Sequence record: OP856590.1
DNA: 64,000 nucleotides
From: Escherichia phage Ec_MI-02
Direction: 5' to 3' (one strand)
Program-made: the position numbers and the translations under genes
Shown here: positions 12,066 to 22,866 of the stretch, one piece after another
Layout: each line of letters opens with the position of its first letter
How positions within the stretch are numbered: position 1 is the first letter of the stretch
The notes under the pieces: model-generated
The model's input: only the letters and a program-made list of their open reading frames with translations
Told to the model about the DNA's origin: nothing
Databases searched by the model: none

Positions 12066-12746
12066 TTATTTTAATGTTACGAAAGAAGAATTACGTGTTT
12101 CACGAATTAGAACTGATCCGTCACGATTAATGTAGTAAATTAAGCTAAATAAAGTTTGGTGCGCCGACGCGTGTTCAAAACTAGTTGGGTGAGATTTCCA
12201 ATCCGGAGTTTCAGCAATCCACTGGTAAATCCACCAAGGAACAGTGCAGAATCCTGGATTTTTTCCAATCAGCTGAAGATTCGGACTAAAGTTTTCCGGA
12301 AGAGTAAATACAGACGGCTTTTCAGATTCAATAATCTCAGCTACAGCCTGCTCGAATTTTTCTTCAACAAAAGGAGTATCTTCAATCAAAACATCGGTAT
12401 TTTCAGGAATTTTATCCGTTTCTACTACTTCAATTTTAATGTCAGATTTAACTGGAGAATCAATCAGAAGTGCTGCTTCTGGATTGACTTCTTCATCGTC
12501 ATATTTTAATCCATCTGCAGCATCAGCAGCATCTATTAAGTCTTTAATAGATAACCCATCAGTCTCTGGCATAGGTTCACTAGCGAGCTTCTGGAGAGCT
12601 TCTTCAATATCATTAACGATATTATCAAAAGATTTATTCTTTTTGACCTTTATACCAAACTGTTCAGCATATTCAGCTAATTTAGCTTTAGCTTCTTTAT
12701 TATCATCAAGAGCCTTCAGCTCTGCAATATAATCTTTATCTATCAT
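12066..12746 (-). CDS. inh: Inh, inhibitor of prohead protease
   Basis: 226-aa ORF (T4 Inh length) immediately upstream of hoc. Confidence 0.7.
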   Translation of the reverse strand: MIDKDYIAELKALDDNKEAKAKLAEYAEQFGIKVKKNKSFDNIVNDIEEALQKLASEPMPETDGLSIKDLIDAADAADGLKYDDEEVNPEAALLIDSPVKSDIKIEVVETDKIPENTDVLIEDTPFVEEKFEQAVAEIIESEKPSVFTLPENFSPNLQLIGKNPGFCTVPWWIYQWIAETPDWKSHPTSFEHASAHQTLFSLIYYINRDGSVLIRETRNSSFVTLK

Positions 12747-12759
12747 AATATTTCCTCAG

Positions 12760-12767
12760 TATAAATA
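12760..12767 (+). promoter_or_regulatory. Late promoter TATAAATA upstream of uvsW
   Basis: Exact motif 30 nt before ATG 12797. Confidence 0.6.
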
Positions 12768-12796
12768 TAGATATATTTATTACATGGTATTTAGAC

Positions 12797-14308
12797 ATGA
12801 CTGACATTAAAGTACATTTTTATGATTTTAGTCACGTGAGAATTGATTGTGAAGAAAGCACATTTCATGAACTCCGTGATTTCTTTAGCTTTGAAGCTGA
12901 TGGGTATCGTTTTAATCCAAAGTACAAATATGGTCACTGGGATGGACGAATCCGTCTTTTAGATTATAATCGTCTTCTTCCATTCGGCTTAGTCGGGCAA
13001 ATTAAAAAGTTCTGTGATAACTTTGGCTATAAAGCCTGGATTGACCCACAGATTAACGAAAAAGAAGAATTATCAAGAAAAGATTTTGATGAATGGCTTT
13101 CTAAATTAGAAATCTATTCAGGAAATAAAAGAATTGAACCGCATTGGTATCAAAAAGATGCAGTGTTTGAAGGATTAGTTAATCGTCGTAGAATTCTTAA
13201 TCTTCCAACATCCGCAGGTAAATCTTTAATTCAAGCTTTGCTCGCTCGATATTATTTGGAAAATTATGAAGGTAAAATTCTTATCATTGTTCCAACAACT
13301 GCTCTGACAACTCAGATGGCTGATGACTTTGTTGACTATCGTTTATTCAGTCATGCAATGATAAAGAAAATCGGCGGTGGAGCATCAAAAGATGATAAAT
13401 ATAAAAATGATGCACCAGTCGTTGTTGGTACATGGCAAACTGTAGTAAAACAACCGAAAGAATGGTTCTCACAGTTTGGAATGATGATGAATGATGAATG
13501 TCATCTTGCTACAGGAAAAAGTATTTCATCTATCATATCAGGTTTAAATAACTGCATGTTCAAATTCGGTTTGTCTGGTTCATTACGTGATGGCAAAGCC
13601 AATATCATGCAGTATGTTGGAATGTTTGGTGAAATATTTAAGCCAGTAACGACTTCTAAATTAATGGAAGATGGACAAGTAACTGAGTTAAAAATTAATA
13701 GCATTTTTCTTCGCTATCCCGATGAGTTCACTACTAAATTAAAGGGAAAAACTTACCAAGAAGAAATAAAAATTATTACTGGACTCAGTAAAAGAAATAA
13801 ATGGATCGCTAAATTAGCTATTAAGCTTGCACAAAAAGATGAAAACGCTTTTGTCATGTTTAAACACGTATCGCATGGTAAAGCTATTTTCGATTTAATT
13901 AAAAATGAATACGATAAAGTTTATTACGTATCAGGGGAAGTTGATACCGAAACTCGCAATATAATGAAAACCTTAGCTGAAAACGGTAAAGGAATAATTA
14001 TAGTAGCTAGTTATGGTGTATTTTCTACTGGTATTTCAGTTAAAAATCTGCATCACGTCGTTTTAGCACACGGTGTTAAATCTAAAATTATTGTATTGCA
14101 AACAATAGGTCGCGTATTACGTAAGCATGGTTCTAAAACAATCGCAACAGTCTGGGACCTCATCGATGATTGTGGTGTTAAGCCAAAATCTGCTAATACG
14201 AAAAAGAAATACGTTCATTTGAATTATCTTTTAAAACACGGCATTGATCGTATTCAGCGCTACGCAGATGAAAAATTTAATTACGTAATGAAAACAGTTA
14301 ATTTATAA
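12797..14308 (+). CDS. uvsW: UvsW RNA-DNA and DNA-DNA helicase
   Basis: 503-aa ORF with SF2 helicase motifs (LPTSAGKS Walker A, DECH box); late promoter upstream. Confidence 0.9.
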   Translation: MTDIKVHFYDFSHVRIDCEESTFHELRDFFSFEADGYRFNPKYKYGHWDGRIRLLDYNRLLPFGLVGQIKKFCDNFGYKAWIDPQINEKEELSRKDFDEWLSKLEIYSGNKRIEPHWYQKDAVFEGLVNRRRILNLPTSAGKSLIQALLARYYLENYEGKILIIVPTTALTTQMADDFVDYRLFSHAMIKKIGGGASKDDKYKNDAPVVVGTWQTVVKQPKEWFSQFGMMMNDECHLATGKSISSIISGLNNCMFKFGLSGSLRDGKANIMQYVGMFGEIFKPVTTSKLMEDGQVTELKINSIFLRYPDEFTTKLKGKTYQEEIKIITGLSKRNKWIAKLAIKLAQKDENAFVMFKHVSHGKAIFDLIKNEYDKVYYVSGEVDTETRNIMKTLAENGKGIIIVASYGVFSTGISVKNLHHVVLAHGVKSKIIVLQTIGRVLRKHGSKTIATVWDLIDDCGVKPKSANTKKKYVHLNYLLKHGIDRIQRYADEKFNYVMKTVNL

Positions 14309-14321
14309 GGGCTTCGGCCCT
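14308..14321 (+). terminator. UUCG tetraloop hairpin between uvsW and uvsW.1
   Basis: AGGGC-TTCG-GCCCT just upstream of uvsW.1 SD. Confidence 0.45.
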
Positions 14322-14333
14322 TTGGAGAAAAAG

Positions 14334-14564
14334 ATGTTACTAGAATTTAAACAATTTCTTTATGAAGCTTCTATTGATGAATTTATGGGTAAAATTGCCT
14401 CTTGTCAAACGATAGAAGGTCTAGAAGAACTTGAAGCTTATTACAAGAAAAGAGTTAAAGAAACTGAATTAAAAGATACTGATGACATCTCTGTGAGAGA
14501 TGCTTTGGCAGGAAAAAGAGCTGAATTAGAAGATTCAGACGATGAAGTAGAAGAAAGCTTTTAA
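14334..14564 (+). CDS. uvsW.1: UvsW.1 small protein
   Basis: Table ORF starts at TTG 14322; ATG 14334 after GGAG gives 76 aa; acidic C-terminus. Confidence 0.6.
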   Translation: MLLEFKQFLYEASIDEFMGKIASCQTIEGLEELEAYYKKRVKETELKDTDDISVRDALAGKRAELEDSDDEVEESF

Positions 14565-14619
14565 ATTAAAAAAGGCCCAACCAAAAAGGAAGGGCCAAAA
14601 CTATAGACTAAAGGTCACA

Positions 14620-14787
14620 CTATAGCAAAAGTTGTGTTTCATTTAATTGTTCTTCCGAACTTTCTGAAACTGGTAGTTCTTTAATGTAATTATAACAAGG
14701 CCCAGGATGTACAGGACCTTTGTCTGTTTCAACAACCAATGCAGAATCGATTGGAGTTTTACAGACAACGCAAATCTTATCTGACAT
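14620..14787 (-). CDS. uvsY.-2: Small 55-aa protein with CxxC...C motif (T4 uvsY.-2 position), not in ORF table
   Basis: Hand translation MSDKICVVCKTPIDSALVVETDKGPVHPGPCYNY...; ATG 14785-14787 after GAGGAG; TATAAATA 14813-14820 on - strand. Confidence 0.5.
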   Translation of the reverse strand: MSDKICVVCKTPIDSALVVETDKGPVHPGPCYNYIKELPVSESSEEQLNETQLLL

Positions 14788-14812
14788 GATTGTCTCCTCT
14801 AAATTATATATC

Positions 14813-14820
14813 TATTTATA
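14813..14820 (-). promoter_or_regulatory. Late promoter TATAAATA (- strand) upstream of uvsY.-2
   Basis: Reverse complement TATTTATA on + strand; overlaps uvsY.-1 stop. Confidence 0.5.
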
Positions 14821-15040
14821 TAACTCTCATATGCATATCAATGCCCATATCTTTAGAATAAAAATATTCATCAAGATATCCAGCAAATTTTCCTTTAACA
14901 TAAAGTACATCTTCACCGCATGGGTGGTCGGCCAGGATACGAATATCCTGACGCTTGAGATTATACTTTTTCATTAAGAATTGAATTTCCGTTTCGAATT
15001 CTTCTTCATAATTAAAAGCATCATCAATGCTATATCTCAT
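14816..15040 (-). CDS. uvsY.-1: Hypothetical protein (T4 uvsY.-1 position)
   Basis: 74-aa ORF directly downstream of uvsY. Confidence 0.6.
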   Translation of the reverse strand: MRYSIDDAFNYEEEFETEIQFLMKKYNLKRQDIRILADHPCGEDVLYVKGKFAGYLDEYFYSKDMGIDMHMRVI

Positions 15041-15453
15041 TATTTTCCAGCCTCAAATGCTCGCATGTCTTGAATATGCTTAATAGCAAATCCGCGTGAT
15101 TTAATAGCATCAAGAGCTCCGCTACAGAAATCCAATAAAATTCCCCAATATTGCAATGAAGTATCAACTTTTAAAACATCCTTATCAGCTGATAGAACTG
15201 TCTTCATTTCTGATTTCTCATAACGGTCCATACTAAATTCATCACCATCTCCTCGTCCCGAGTAGTAGTCTAATTTAGCTTTAAGAGCAACTTTTTTCTG
15301 TGCGTCAATTCTAAGCATTTCCTTTTTAATACTTGAATGCTTATTAAGCCATTTACTATATAACATCACATTATTAGCTGCTTCATACTGTAATTTAGTC
15401 GAATCTATAAACACATCTTTCTTCAATTCTTCTTGAAGATCTTCTAATTTCAT
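15040..15453 (-). CDS. uvsY: UvsY recombination mediator
   Basis: 137-aa ORF (T4 UvsY length); MotA-type middle promoter upstream. Confidence 0.85.
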   Translation of the reverse strand: MKLEDLQEELKKDVFIDSTKLQYEAANNVMLYSKWLNKHSSIKKEMLRIDAQKKVALKAKLDYYSGRGDGDEFSMDRYEKSEMKTVLSADKDVLKVDTSLQYWGILLDFCSGALDAIKSRGFAIKHIQDMRAFEAGK

Positions 15454-15493
15454 ATTGTTCTCTATTCAATTGTTATTGGATGGACTTAGATTC

Positions 15494-15519
15494 ATTATAC
15501 CACGTTTATACGTGAAGCA
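15494..15519 (-). promoter_or_regulatory. MotA-dependent middle promoter for uvsY
   Basis: On - strand: MotA box aaTGCTTCA, 13-nt spacer, -10 TATAAT. Confidence 0.55.
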
Positions 15520-15918
15520 TTATACTCTGTTACTGGAAGCCAGTTGTAGTTTTATCTGCTCAATATCATCAGGGTTATCGATGACTGAAAAGCGTATTTC
15601 TACTATCAGAGTATAATCATCATAAACTGGTATTACATTAACTGCTAATTTATCAATACGAGGCTCGTAGTTTCTTACTGCGCTTTCAATGTTCCGCTCA
15701 ACAGTATCAGCAGTAAGAGGAGTCATATTCTCAAAAAGCTGATCAGATAAATCGCATCCAAATTCTGGGTCAAATGGCCTTGACCCTTTCCTGGTTGTAA
15801 TAATTCCTAAAAGGCTATTTTTAATTGACCTTAATCCAAGGGATCTGGAAACGTCTTTGTCCCAATCCATTTTCATTTCTGGGTCAATGTCAGAATAAAG
15901 CTTATTAATATTTGCCAT
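15520..15918 (-). CDS. 25: Baseplate wedge protein gp25
   Basis: 132-aa ORF (T4 gp25 length); stop overlaps start of 26. Confidence 0.85.
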   Translation of the reverse strand: MANINKLYSDIDPEMKMDWDKDVSRSLGLRSIKNSLLGIITTRKGSRPFDPEFGCDLSDQLFENMTPLTADTVERNIESAVRNYEPRIDKLAVNVIPVYDDYTLIVEIRFSVIDNPDDIEQIKLQLASSNRV

Positions 15919-16544
15919 TACAATAGCTCAAAGAATTCTTTGAGTCCTCTTATTACATGAGCGTGAGTTTTTCCACACTCTGGACACTTAATTGGAACAG
16001 CCAAATAAACAGTAGGCTTTAAAAGCATATCTTTTATAGCTACAATATCTGACTCTGTGATGATAGAATATAAATCTTCCAATTCTTTTTCATTTAAGTC
16101 TTCAATTGGAATGCTTTCACCGTTAGCATGAATCGTTTCTATACATGATACTATCATGTGGGCTATATTTTTATCATCAAAAATTTTAGGGTAATGGAAC
16201 TTAATTTTAATGTCACCCAGTGTATACCAGAGGTCTTCTGGTGCATCTATTTGTGTATGTAATAGATTTATATGGGTTGGTATTTCAGTTCCACAGGTGC
16301 ACTTCCAGGAGTTTTCGTGATTAACTTCTCCAAGAGAATGCGCCCATAAATGAATCAACAGTAGTTCTGATTCTTGGCGGTTTAAATCTTTTGCATTTGT
16401 ACAGTCTTTGATTAGCTTTTTAACGATCTCTTCTACTGAACCGTTCTTTTTAGCAGTAATAAGTTCTAGATATTCTTTAAGAGTAAATGCGCGACAGTTG
16501 ATTATTTTAGAACCAACTCTCACATCAAATTTGTATTCATACAT
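15918..16544 (-). CDS. 26: Baseplate hub protein gp26
   Basis: 208-aa ORF, divergent from gene 51 with shared late promoter palindrome. Confidence 0.8.
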   Translation of the reverse strand: MYEYKFDVRVGSKIINCRAFTLKEYLELITAKKNGSVEEIVKKLIKDCTNAKDLNRQESELLLIHLWAHSLGEVNHENSWKCTCGTEIPTHINLLHTQIDAPEDLWYTLGDIKIKFHYPKIFDDKNIAHMIVSCIETIHANGESIPIEDLNEKELEDLYSIITESDIVAIKDMLLKPTVYLAVPIKCPECGKTHAHVIRGLKEFFELL

Positions 16545-16565
16545 ATTTAGCTCCTTTATTTATCA

Positions 16566-16577
16566 TATTTATAAATA
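16566..16577. promoter_or_regulatory. Divergent late promoters for genes 26 and 51 on palindromic TATTTATAAATA
   Basis: TATAAATA readable on both strands; SDs on both sides. Confidence 0.55.
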
Positions 16578-16594
16578 GAATAAAAGGAGCATCT

Positions 16595-17344
16595 ATGGCA
16601 AACATTATTCGTTGTAAATTACCAGATGGTGTTCATCGTTTTAAACCATTTACGGTAGAAGATTATCGAGATTTTTTGTTAGTTCGAAACGATATAGAAC
16701 ATCGGTCACCACAAGAACAAAAAGAAATAATTGCTGATTTAATTGCCGATTATTTTGGAGACTATCCGAAGACTTGGCAACCATTTATATTTTTGCAGGT
16801 ATTTGTAGGGTCAATAGGTAAAACTAAAGTACCGGTCACATTTGTATGTCCAAAATGTAAAAAAGAAAAGACAGTTCCATTTGAAATATATCAAAAAGAA
16901 TTAAAGGAACCTGTTTTTGATGTAGCTAATGTTAAAATTAAATTAAAGTTTCCTTCTGAGTTTTATGAAAATAAAGCAAAGATGATTACTGAAAATATTC
17001 ATTCCGTTCAAGTAGATGAAATGTGGTATGATTGGAAGGAAATTAGCGAATCAAGTCAAATAGAACTTGTTGATGCCATCGAGATAGAAACATTAGAAAA
17101 AATTCTCGATGCAATGAATCCTATTAATTTAACATTACATATGTCATGTTGTAATAAGTATGTAAAAAAATACACTGATATAGTAGATGTGTTTAAGCTA
17201 TTAGTTAACCCAGATGAAATATTTACTTTTTATCAAATTAATCACACACTCGTAAAAAGTAATTATAGCTTAAATTCAATAATGAAAATGATTCCTGCTG
17301 AGCGCGGATTCGTATTAAAACTGATTGAGAAGGATAAACAATAA
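16595..17344 (+). CDS. 51: Baseplate hub assembly protein gp51
   Basis: 249-aa ORF, SD AAAGGAG, TATAAATA 16570-16577. Confidence 0.8.
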   Translation: MANIIRCKLPDGVHRFKPFTVEDYRDFLLVRNDIEHRSPQEQKEIIADLIADYFGDYPKTWQPFIFLQVFVGSIGKTKVPVTFVCPKCKKEKTVPFEIYQKELKEPVFDVANVKIKLKFPSEFYENKAKMITENIHSVQVDEMWYDWKEISESSQIELVDAIEIETLEKILDAMNPINLTLHMSCCNKYVKKYTDIVDVFKLLVNPDEIFTFYQINHTLVKSNYSLNSIMKMIPAERGFVLKLIEKDKQ

Positions 17345-18519
17345 TGAGTATGTTGCAACGCCCAGGATATCCAAATCTCAGCGTTAAATTATTTGATAGC
17401 TACGACGCTTGGAGTAATAATAGATTTGTTGAATTAGCTGCTACTATTACCACATTAACTATGCGGGATTCTCTTTATGGCCGAAATGAAGGAATGCTGC
17501 AGTTTTATGATTCTAAAAATATCCATACAAAAATGGATGGAAATGAAATAATTCAGATTTCTGTAGCTAATGCAAACGATATTAATAATGTTAAAACACG
17601 AATTTATGGATGCAAGCATTTTTCCGTGTCAGTAGATTCAAAGGGTGATAACATCATTGCTATTGAATTGGGAACTATTCATTCTATAGAAAATCTTAAA
17701 TTTGGCAGACCGTTTTTCTCTGATGCAGGTGAATCTATAAAGGAAATGCTTGGTGTCATTTATCAGGATCGCACGTTATTAACTCCAGCAATAAATGCTA
17801 TAAATGCATATGTTCCTGATATTCCATGGACTAGCACATTTGAAAACTATTTGTCGTATGTCAGAGAAGTTGCTCTAGCTGTAGGAAGTGACAAATTTGT
17901 ATTTGTGTGGCAAGACATCATGGGAGTTAACATGATGGACTATGATATGATGATAAATCAAGAACCGTATCCAATGATTGTCGGTGAGCCATCTTTAATA
18001 GGTCAATTCATCCAAGAATTAAAATATCCATTAGCATATGATTTCGTTTGGTTGACTAAATCGAATCCTCACAAACGCGACCCAATGAAAAATGCTACTA
18101 TTTATGCTCATTCATTTTTAGATTCTTCATTGCCAATGATTACTACAGGAAAGGGCGAAAACTCTATTGTAGTATCAAGGTCAGGTGCTTATTCTGAAAT
18201 GACTTATAGGAATGGCTATGAAGAAGCTATTCGTCTTCAAACTATGGCACAATACGATGGCTATGCTAAATGTTCTACTGTCGGTAATTTTAACTTGACT
18301 CCTGGCGTTAAAATTATTTTTAATGATAGTAAAAACCAATTTAAAACAGAATTTTACGTTGATGAAGTTATCCATGAATTATCCAATAATAATTCAGTAA
18401 CTCATCTATATATGTTCACTAATGCAACGAAACTGGAAACAATAGACCCAGTTAAGGTTAAAAATGAATTTAAATCTGATACTACCACTGAAGAAAGTAG
18501 TTCTTCCAATAAGCAATAA
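17344..18519 (+). CDS. 27: Baseplate hub protein gp27
   Basis: 391-aa ORF (T4 gp27 length), TAATG coupling to gene 51. Confidence 0.85.
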   Translation: MSMLQRPGYPNLSVKLFDSYDAWSNNRFVELAATITTLTMRDSLYGRNEGMLQFYDSKNIHTKMDGNEIIQISVANANDINNVKTRIYGCKHFSVSVDSKGDNIIAIELGTIHSIENLKFGRPFFSDAGESIKEMLGVIYQDRTLLTPAINAINAYVPDIPWTSTFENYLSYVREVALAVGSDKFVFVWQDIMGVNMMDYDMMINQEPYPMIVGEPSLIGQFIQELKYPLAYDFVWLTKSNPHKRDPMKNATIYAHSFLDSSLPMITTGKGENSIVVSRSGAYSEMTYRNGYEEAIRLQTMAQYDGYAKCSTVGNFNLTPGVKIIFNDSKNQFKTEFYVDEVIHELSNNNSVTHLYMFTNATKLETIDPVKVKNEFKSDTTTEESSSSNKQ

Positions 18520-18997
18520 AGAAGTTTCTATTCCTAAAATGGGTCTTAAACATTATAACATTTTAAAAGATGTTAAAGGTCCTGATGAAAATTTAAAACT
18601 TCTTATTGATTCTATTTGCCCGAATTTATCACCGGCAGAAGTTGATTTCGTTTCAATTCATTTATTGGAATTTAATGGAAAGATTAAATCTCGTAAAGAA
18701 ATAGATGGTTATACTTATGACATTAATGATGTTTATGTGTGCCAAAGATTAGAATTTCAATACCAAGGAAATACATTTTATTTTAGACCTCCTGGAAAAT
18801 TTGAACAATTTTTAACGGTGAGCGATATGTTATCCAAATGCTTGCTTAAGGTCAACGATGAAGTTAAAGAAATTAATTTTCTTGAGATGCCAGCATTCGT
18901 TTTAAAATGGGCAAATGATATTTTTACAACTTTAGCAATTCCTGGCCCTAATGGTCCAATAACTGGAATTGGTAATATTATTGGATTATTTGAATGA
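18464..18997 (+). CDS. 28: Baseplate hub distal protein gp28
   Basis: 177-aa ORF overlapping the 3' end of 27 in another frame, as in T4. Confidence 0.8.
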   Translation: MNLNLILPLKKVVLPISNKEVSIPKMGLKHYNILKDVKGPDENLKLLIDSICPNLSPAEVDFVSIHLLEFNGKIKSRKEIDGYTYDINDVYVCQRLEFQYQGNTFYFRPPGKFEQFLTVSDMLSKCLLKVNDEVKEINFLEMPAFVLKWANDIFTTLAIPGPNGPITGIGNIIGLFE

Positions 18998-20766
18998 AAA
19001 AGCCACAAGAAATGCAAACGATGCGTAGAAAAGTTATTTCAGATAATAAACCAACACAGGAAGCGGCTAAATCCGCTTCCAACACTTTATCTGGACTTAA
19101 CGATATATCTACGAAGTTGGATGATGCTCAAGCTGCTTCTGAATTAATTGCTCAAACTGTCGAAGAAAAATCGAATGAAATAATTGGAGCAATTGACAAT
19201 GTAGAAAGCGCAGTGAGTGATACTACTGCTGGTTCTGAGTTAATTGCTGAAACTGTCGAAATTGGCAACAATATTAATAAAGAAATCGGTGAATCACTCG
19301 GAAGTAAATTAGATAAATTAACAAGTTTACTAGAGCAAAAAATTCAGACAGCCGGAATTCAACAAACTGGAACTAGTTTAGCTACGGTTGAAAGCGCTAT
19401 TCCTGTTAAAGTTGTTGAGGACGATACAGCTGAATCTGTAGGTCCTTTATTACCGGCTCCTGAAGCAGTTAATAATGATCCTGATGCTGATTTTTTCCCT
19501 ACCCCTCAGCCAGTTGAACCTAAACAAGAATCGCCAGAAGAAAAACAGAAAAAAGACGCATTTAACTTAAAATTATCTCAAGCTTTAGATAAATTAACAA
19601 AGACTGTTGATTTCGGATTTAAGAAATCTATTTCAATTACTGATAAAATATCAAGCATGCTATTTAAGTATACTGTCAGTGCTGCTATTGAAGCTGCTAA
19701 AATGACTGCAATGATATTGGCTGTTGTTGTTGGAATAGATCTGCTGATGGTTCACTTTAAATATTGGTCAGATAAATTTTCGCAGGCTTGGGATTTATTT
19801 AGTTCAAACTTTACTAAATTCTCTAGCGAAACCGGAACATGGGGTCCTTTATTACAGAGCATCTTTAGTTCTATTGATGAAATTAAAAAATTCTGGGAAG
19901 AGGGAGATTGGGGCGGTTTGACGGTAGCTATTGTAGAAGGGCTCGGAAAGGTTCTTTACAATTTAGGTGAACTTATTCAATTAGGTATGGCTAAATTATC
20001 TGCGGCAATTCTTCGAGTTATTCCTGGTATGAAGGATACTGCTGATGAAGTAGAAGGAAGAGCGCTGGAAAATTTCCAAAATTCTACTGGAGCATCTCTT
20101 AATAAAGAAGACCAGGAAAAAGTTGCGAATTATCAAGATAAACGAATGAATGACGATCTTGGTCCAATAGCAAAAGGATTAGATAAAATTGCTAATTGGA
20201 AAACCCGTGCATCTAACTGGATTCGTGGTGTTGATAATAAAGAAGCATTGACAACCGATGAAGAACGCGCAGCAGAAGAAGAAAAATTAAAGCAACTTTC
20301 ACCTGAAGAAAGAAAAAATGCTTTAATGAAGGCTAATGAAGCACGTGCCGCGATGATTCGTTTTGAAAAATATGCTGATTCAGCTGATATGAGTAAAGAC
20401 TCAACGGTTAAATCAGTTGAAGCTGCCTATGAAGACCTTAAAAAACGAATGGATGACCCGGATTTAAATAATTCACCGGCAGTTAAAAAAGAACTTGCTG
20501 CTAGATTTTCTAAAATTGATGCTACTTATCAAGAGCTCAAGAAAAATCAGCCTAATGCCAAACCTGAAACTTCTGCTAAATCGCCAGAAGCAAAACAAGT
20601 CCAGGTAATAGAAAAGAACAAAGCACAGCAAGCTCCTGTTCAACAAGCATCTCCTTCAATCAATAATACTAATAATGTTGTTAAGAAAAATACTGTCGTT
20701 CATAATATGACACCCGTAACGAGCACGACTGCTCCTGGTGTATTTGATGCGACTGGAGTTAATTAA
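18994..20766 (+). CDS. 29: Baseplate hub and tail length determinator gp29
   Basis: 590-aa ORF (T4 gp29 length); ATGA coupling to 28. Confidence 0.85.
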   Translation: MKKPQEMQTMRRKVISDNKPTQEAAKSASNTLSGLNDISTKLDDAQAASELIAQTVEEKSNEIIGAIDNVESAVSDTTAGSELIAETVEIGNNINKEIGESLGSKLDKLTSLLEQKIQTAGIQQTGTSLATVESAIPVKVVEDDTAESVGPLLPAPEAVNNDPDADFFPTPQPVEPKQESPEEKQKKDAFNLKLSQALDKLTKTVDFGFKKSISITDKISSMLFKYTVSAAIEAAKMTAMILAVVVGIDLLMVHFKYWSDKFSQAWDLFSSNFTKFSSETGTWGPLLQSIFSSIDEIKKFWEEGDWGGLTVAIVEGLGKVLYNLGELIQLGMAKLSAAILRVIPGMKDTADEVEGRALENFQNSTGASLNKEDQEKVANYQDKRMNDDLGPIAKGLDKIANWKTRASNWIRGVDNKEALTTDEERAAEEEKLKQLSPEERKNALMKANEARAAMIRFEKYADSADMSKDSTVKSVEAAYEDLKKRMDDPDLNNSPAVKKELAARFSKIDATYQELKKNQPNAKPETSAKSPEAKQVQVIEKNKAQQAPVQQASPSINNTNNVVKKNTVVHNMTPVTSTTAPGVFDATGVN

Positions 20767-20774
20767 GGAATAAT

Positions 20775-21869
20775 ATGGCAATTGTTAAAGAAATAACTGC
20801 TGATTTAATTAAAAAGTCCGGTGAGAAAATTTCAGCCGGACAGAGTACTAAATCAGAAGTAGCAACTAAAACATACACTGCCCAGTTTCCAACTGGGCGT
20901 GCTAGTGGTAATGACACTACAGGGGACTTCCAGGTAACAGATCTATATAAGAATGGATTATTATTTACTGCATACAATATGTCATCTAGGGATTCTGGAA
21001 GTCTTAGATCGATGAGATCTAACTACTCTTCTTCATCTTCGAGTATTTTAAGTACAGCTAGAAACACTATTAGTAGTACAGTATCAAAACTATCAAATGG
21101 ATTAATATCAAATAACAATTCAGGAACAATAAGTAAAGCTCCTGTCGCAAACATTCTTTTACCGAGATCTAAATCTGATGTTGATACATCATCACACAGA
21201 TTTAATGATGTTCAAGAAAGTCTTATCAGCAGAGGCGGAGGTACTGCTACTGGTGTGTTAAGTAATATTGCTTCAACTGCAGTATTTGGGGCACTGGAAA
21301 GTATAACACAGGGTATAATGGCTGATAATAATGAACAGATTTATACGACAGCCAGAAGTATGTATGGTGGTGCTGAGAATAGAACTAAAGTGTTTACATG
21401 GGATTTGACTCCACGTTCAACAGAAGATTTGATGGCTATTATCAATATCTATCAATATTTTAACTATTTTTCTTATGGTGAAACGGGCAAATCTCAATAT
21501 GCTGCTGAAATAAAGGGGTATTTAGATGATTGGTATCGTTCTACGTTAATTGAACCTTTATCTCCGGAAGACGCAGCTAAAAATAAAACACTATTTAAGA
21601 AAATGACATCGAGCTTAACTAACGTTCTAGTAGTTTCAAACCCGACAATTTGGATGGTGAAAAACTTTGGTGCAACATCTAAGTTTGATGGAAAAACGGA
21701 AATATTTGGCCCATGCCAAATACAGAGCATCAGATTTGATAAAACACCTAATGGTAACTTTAACGGATTAGCTATTGCTCCAAACCTCCCTAGTACATTT
21801 ACTCTTGAGATTACTATGAGAGAAATTATCACGTTAAACCGTGCTTCTTTATATGCGGGGACTTTTTAA
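20775..21869 (+). CDS. 48: Baseplate tail tube cap gp48
   Basis: 364-aa ORF, synteny. Confidence 0.85.
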   Translation: MAIVKEITADLIKKSGEKISAGQSTKSEVATKTYTAQFPTGRASGNDTTGDFQVTDLYKNGLLFTAYNMSSRDSGSLRSMRSNYSSSSSSILSTARNTISSTVSKLSNGLISNNNSGTISKAPVANILLPRSKSDVDTSSHRFNDVQESLISRGGGTATGVLSNIASTAVFGALESITQGIMADNNEQIYTTARSMYGGAENRTKVFTWDLTPRSTEDLMAIINIYQYFNYFSYGETGKSQYAAEIKGYLDDWYRSTLIEPLSPEDAAKNKTLFKKMTSSLTNVLVVSNPTIWMVKNFGATSKFDGKTEIFGPCQIQSIRFDKTPNGNFNGLAIAPNLPSTFTLEITMREIITLNRASLYAGTF

Positions 21870-22834
21870 TGTATTCTTTAGAGGAATTTAATAATCAAGC
21901 AATAAACGCAGATTTCCAACGTAATAATATGTTTAGCTGCGTTTTTGCGACAACTCCATCAACTAAAAGCTCTTCGTTGATAAGTTCAATTAGCAACTTT
22001 TCTTATAATAACTTGGGTCTAAATTCAGACTGGTTAGGATTGACTCAAGGCGATATTAATCAGGGAATTACCACGCTAATTACTGCTGGCACACAAAAAC
22101 TGATAAGAAAATCAGGGGTTAGTAAATATCTTATTGGTGCCATGAGTCAACGTACAGTTCAAAGTTTATTGGGCTCATTTACAGTTGGTACATATTTAAT
22201 TGATTTCTTTAATATGGCATATAATTCATCTGGATTGATGATATATTCTGTAAAAATGCCAGAGAATAGATTATCCTATGAAACTGACTGGAACTATAAT
22301 TCTCCTAATATTCGCATAACTGGGAGAGAATTAGACCCTTTGGTTATTTCATTTAGAATGGATTCAGAAGCTTGTAACTATCGTGCAATGCAAGACTGGG
22401 TTAACGCTGTTCAAGACCCAGTAACTGGACTGCGTGCTTTGCCGCAAGATGTCGAGGCAGATATTCAGGTTAATCTTCATGCTCGTAATGGATTACCTCA
22501 TACTGCAGTGATGTTCACCGGATGCATTCCAGTGTCAGTGAGCGCTCCTGAGCTATCATATGATGGAGATAACCAAATAACTACATTTGATGTTACTTTT
22601 GCGTATAGAGTCATGCAGGCTGGGTCGGTTGATAGACAAGCTGCGCTTGAGTGGCTTGAATCTGCTGCTATAAACGGTATTCAAAGCGTTCTCGGAAATA
22701 GTGGAGGTGTTACTGGATTATCTAATTCGCTTTCACGACTTAGTAGATTAGGGGGAACTGCTGGAAGCATTTCAAACATTAATACTATGACGGGAATTGT
22801 CAATTCGCAAAGTAAAATATTAGGAGCAATATAA
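21869..22834 (+). CDS. 54: Baseplate tail tube initiator gp54
   Basis: 321-aa ORF, TAATG coupling to 48; terminator downstream. Confidence 0.85.
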   Translation: MYSLEEFNNQAINADFQRNNMFSCVFATTPSTKSSSLISSISNFSYNNLGLNSDWLGLTQGDINQGITTLITAGTQKLIRKSGVSKYLIGAMSQRTVQSLLGSFTVGTYLIDFFNMAYNSSGLMIYSVKMPENRLSYETDWNYNSPNIRITGRELDPLVISFRMDSEACNYRAMQDWVNAVQDPVTGLRALPQDVEADIQVNLHARNGLPHTAVMFTGCIPVSVSAPELSYDGDNQITTFDVTFAYRVMQAGSVDRQAALEWLESAAINGIQSVLGNSGGVTGLSNSLSRLSRLGGTAGSISNINTMTGIVNSQSKILGAI

Positions 22835-22837
22835 CAA

Positions 22838-22866
22838 TGGGGACCGAAAGGTCCCCATATTTTTAT
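22838..22866 (+). terminator. Terminator after gene 54
   Basis: TGGGGACC-GAAA-GGTCCCCA then TATTTTTATTT. Confidence 0.7.

Noticed and set aside
14720-14977. 85-aa + strand ORF across the uvsY.-2 promoter and uvsY.-1
   Set aside because: Antisense to better-supported - strand genes and to the late promoter; composition typical of an AT-rich shadow frame.
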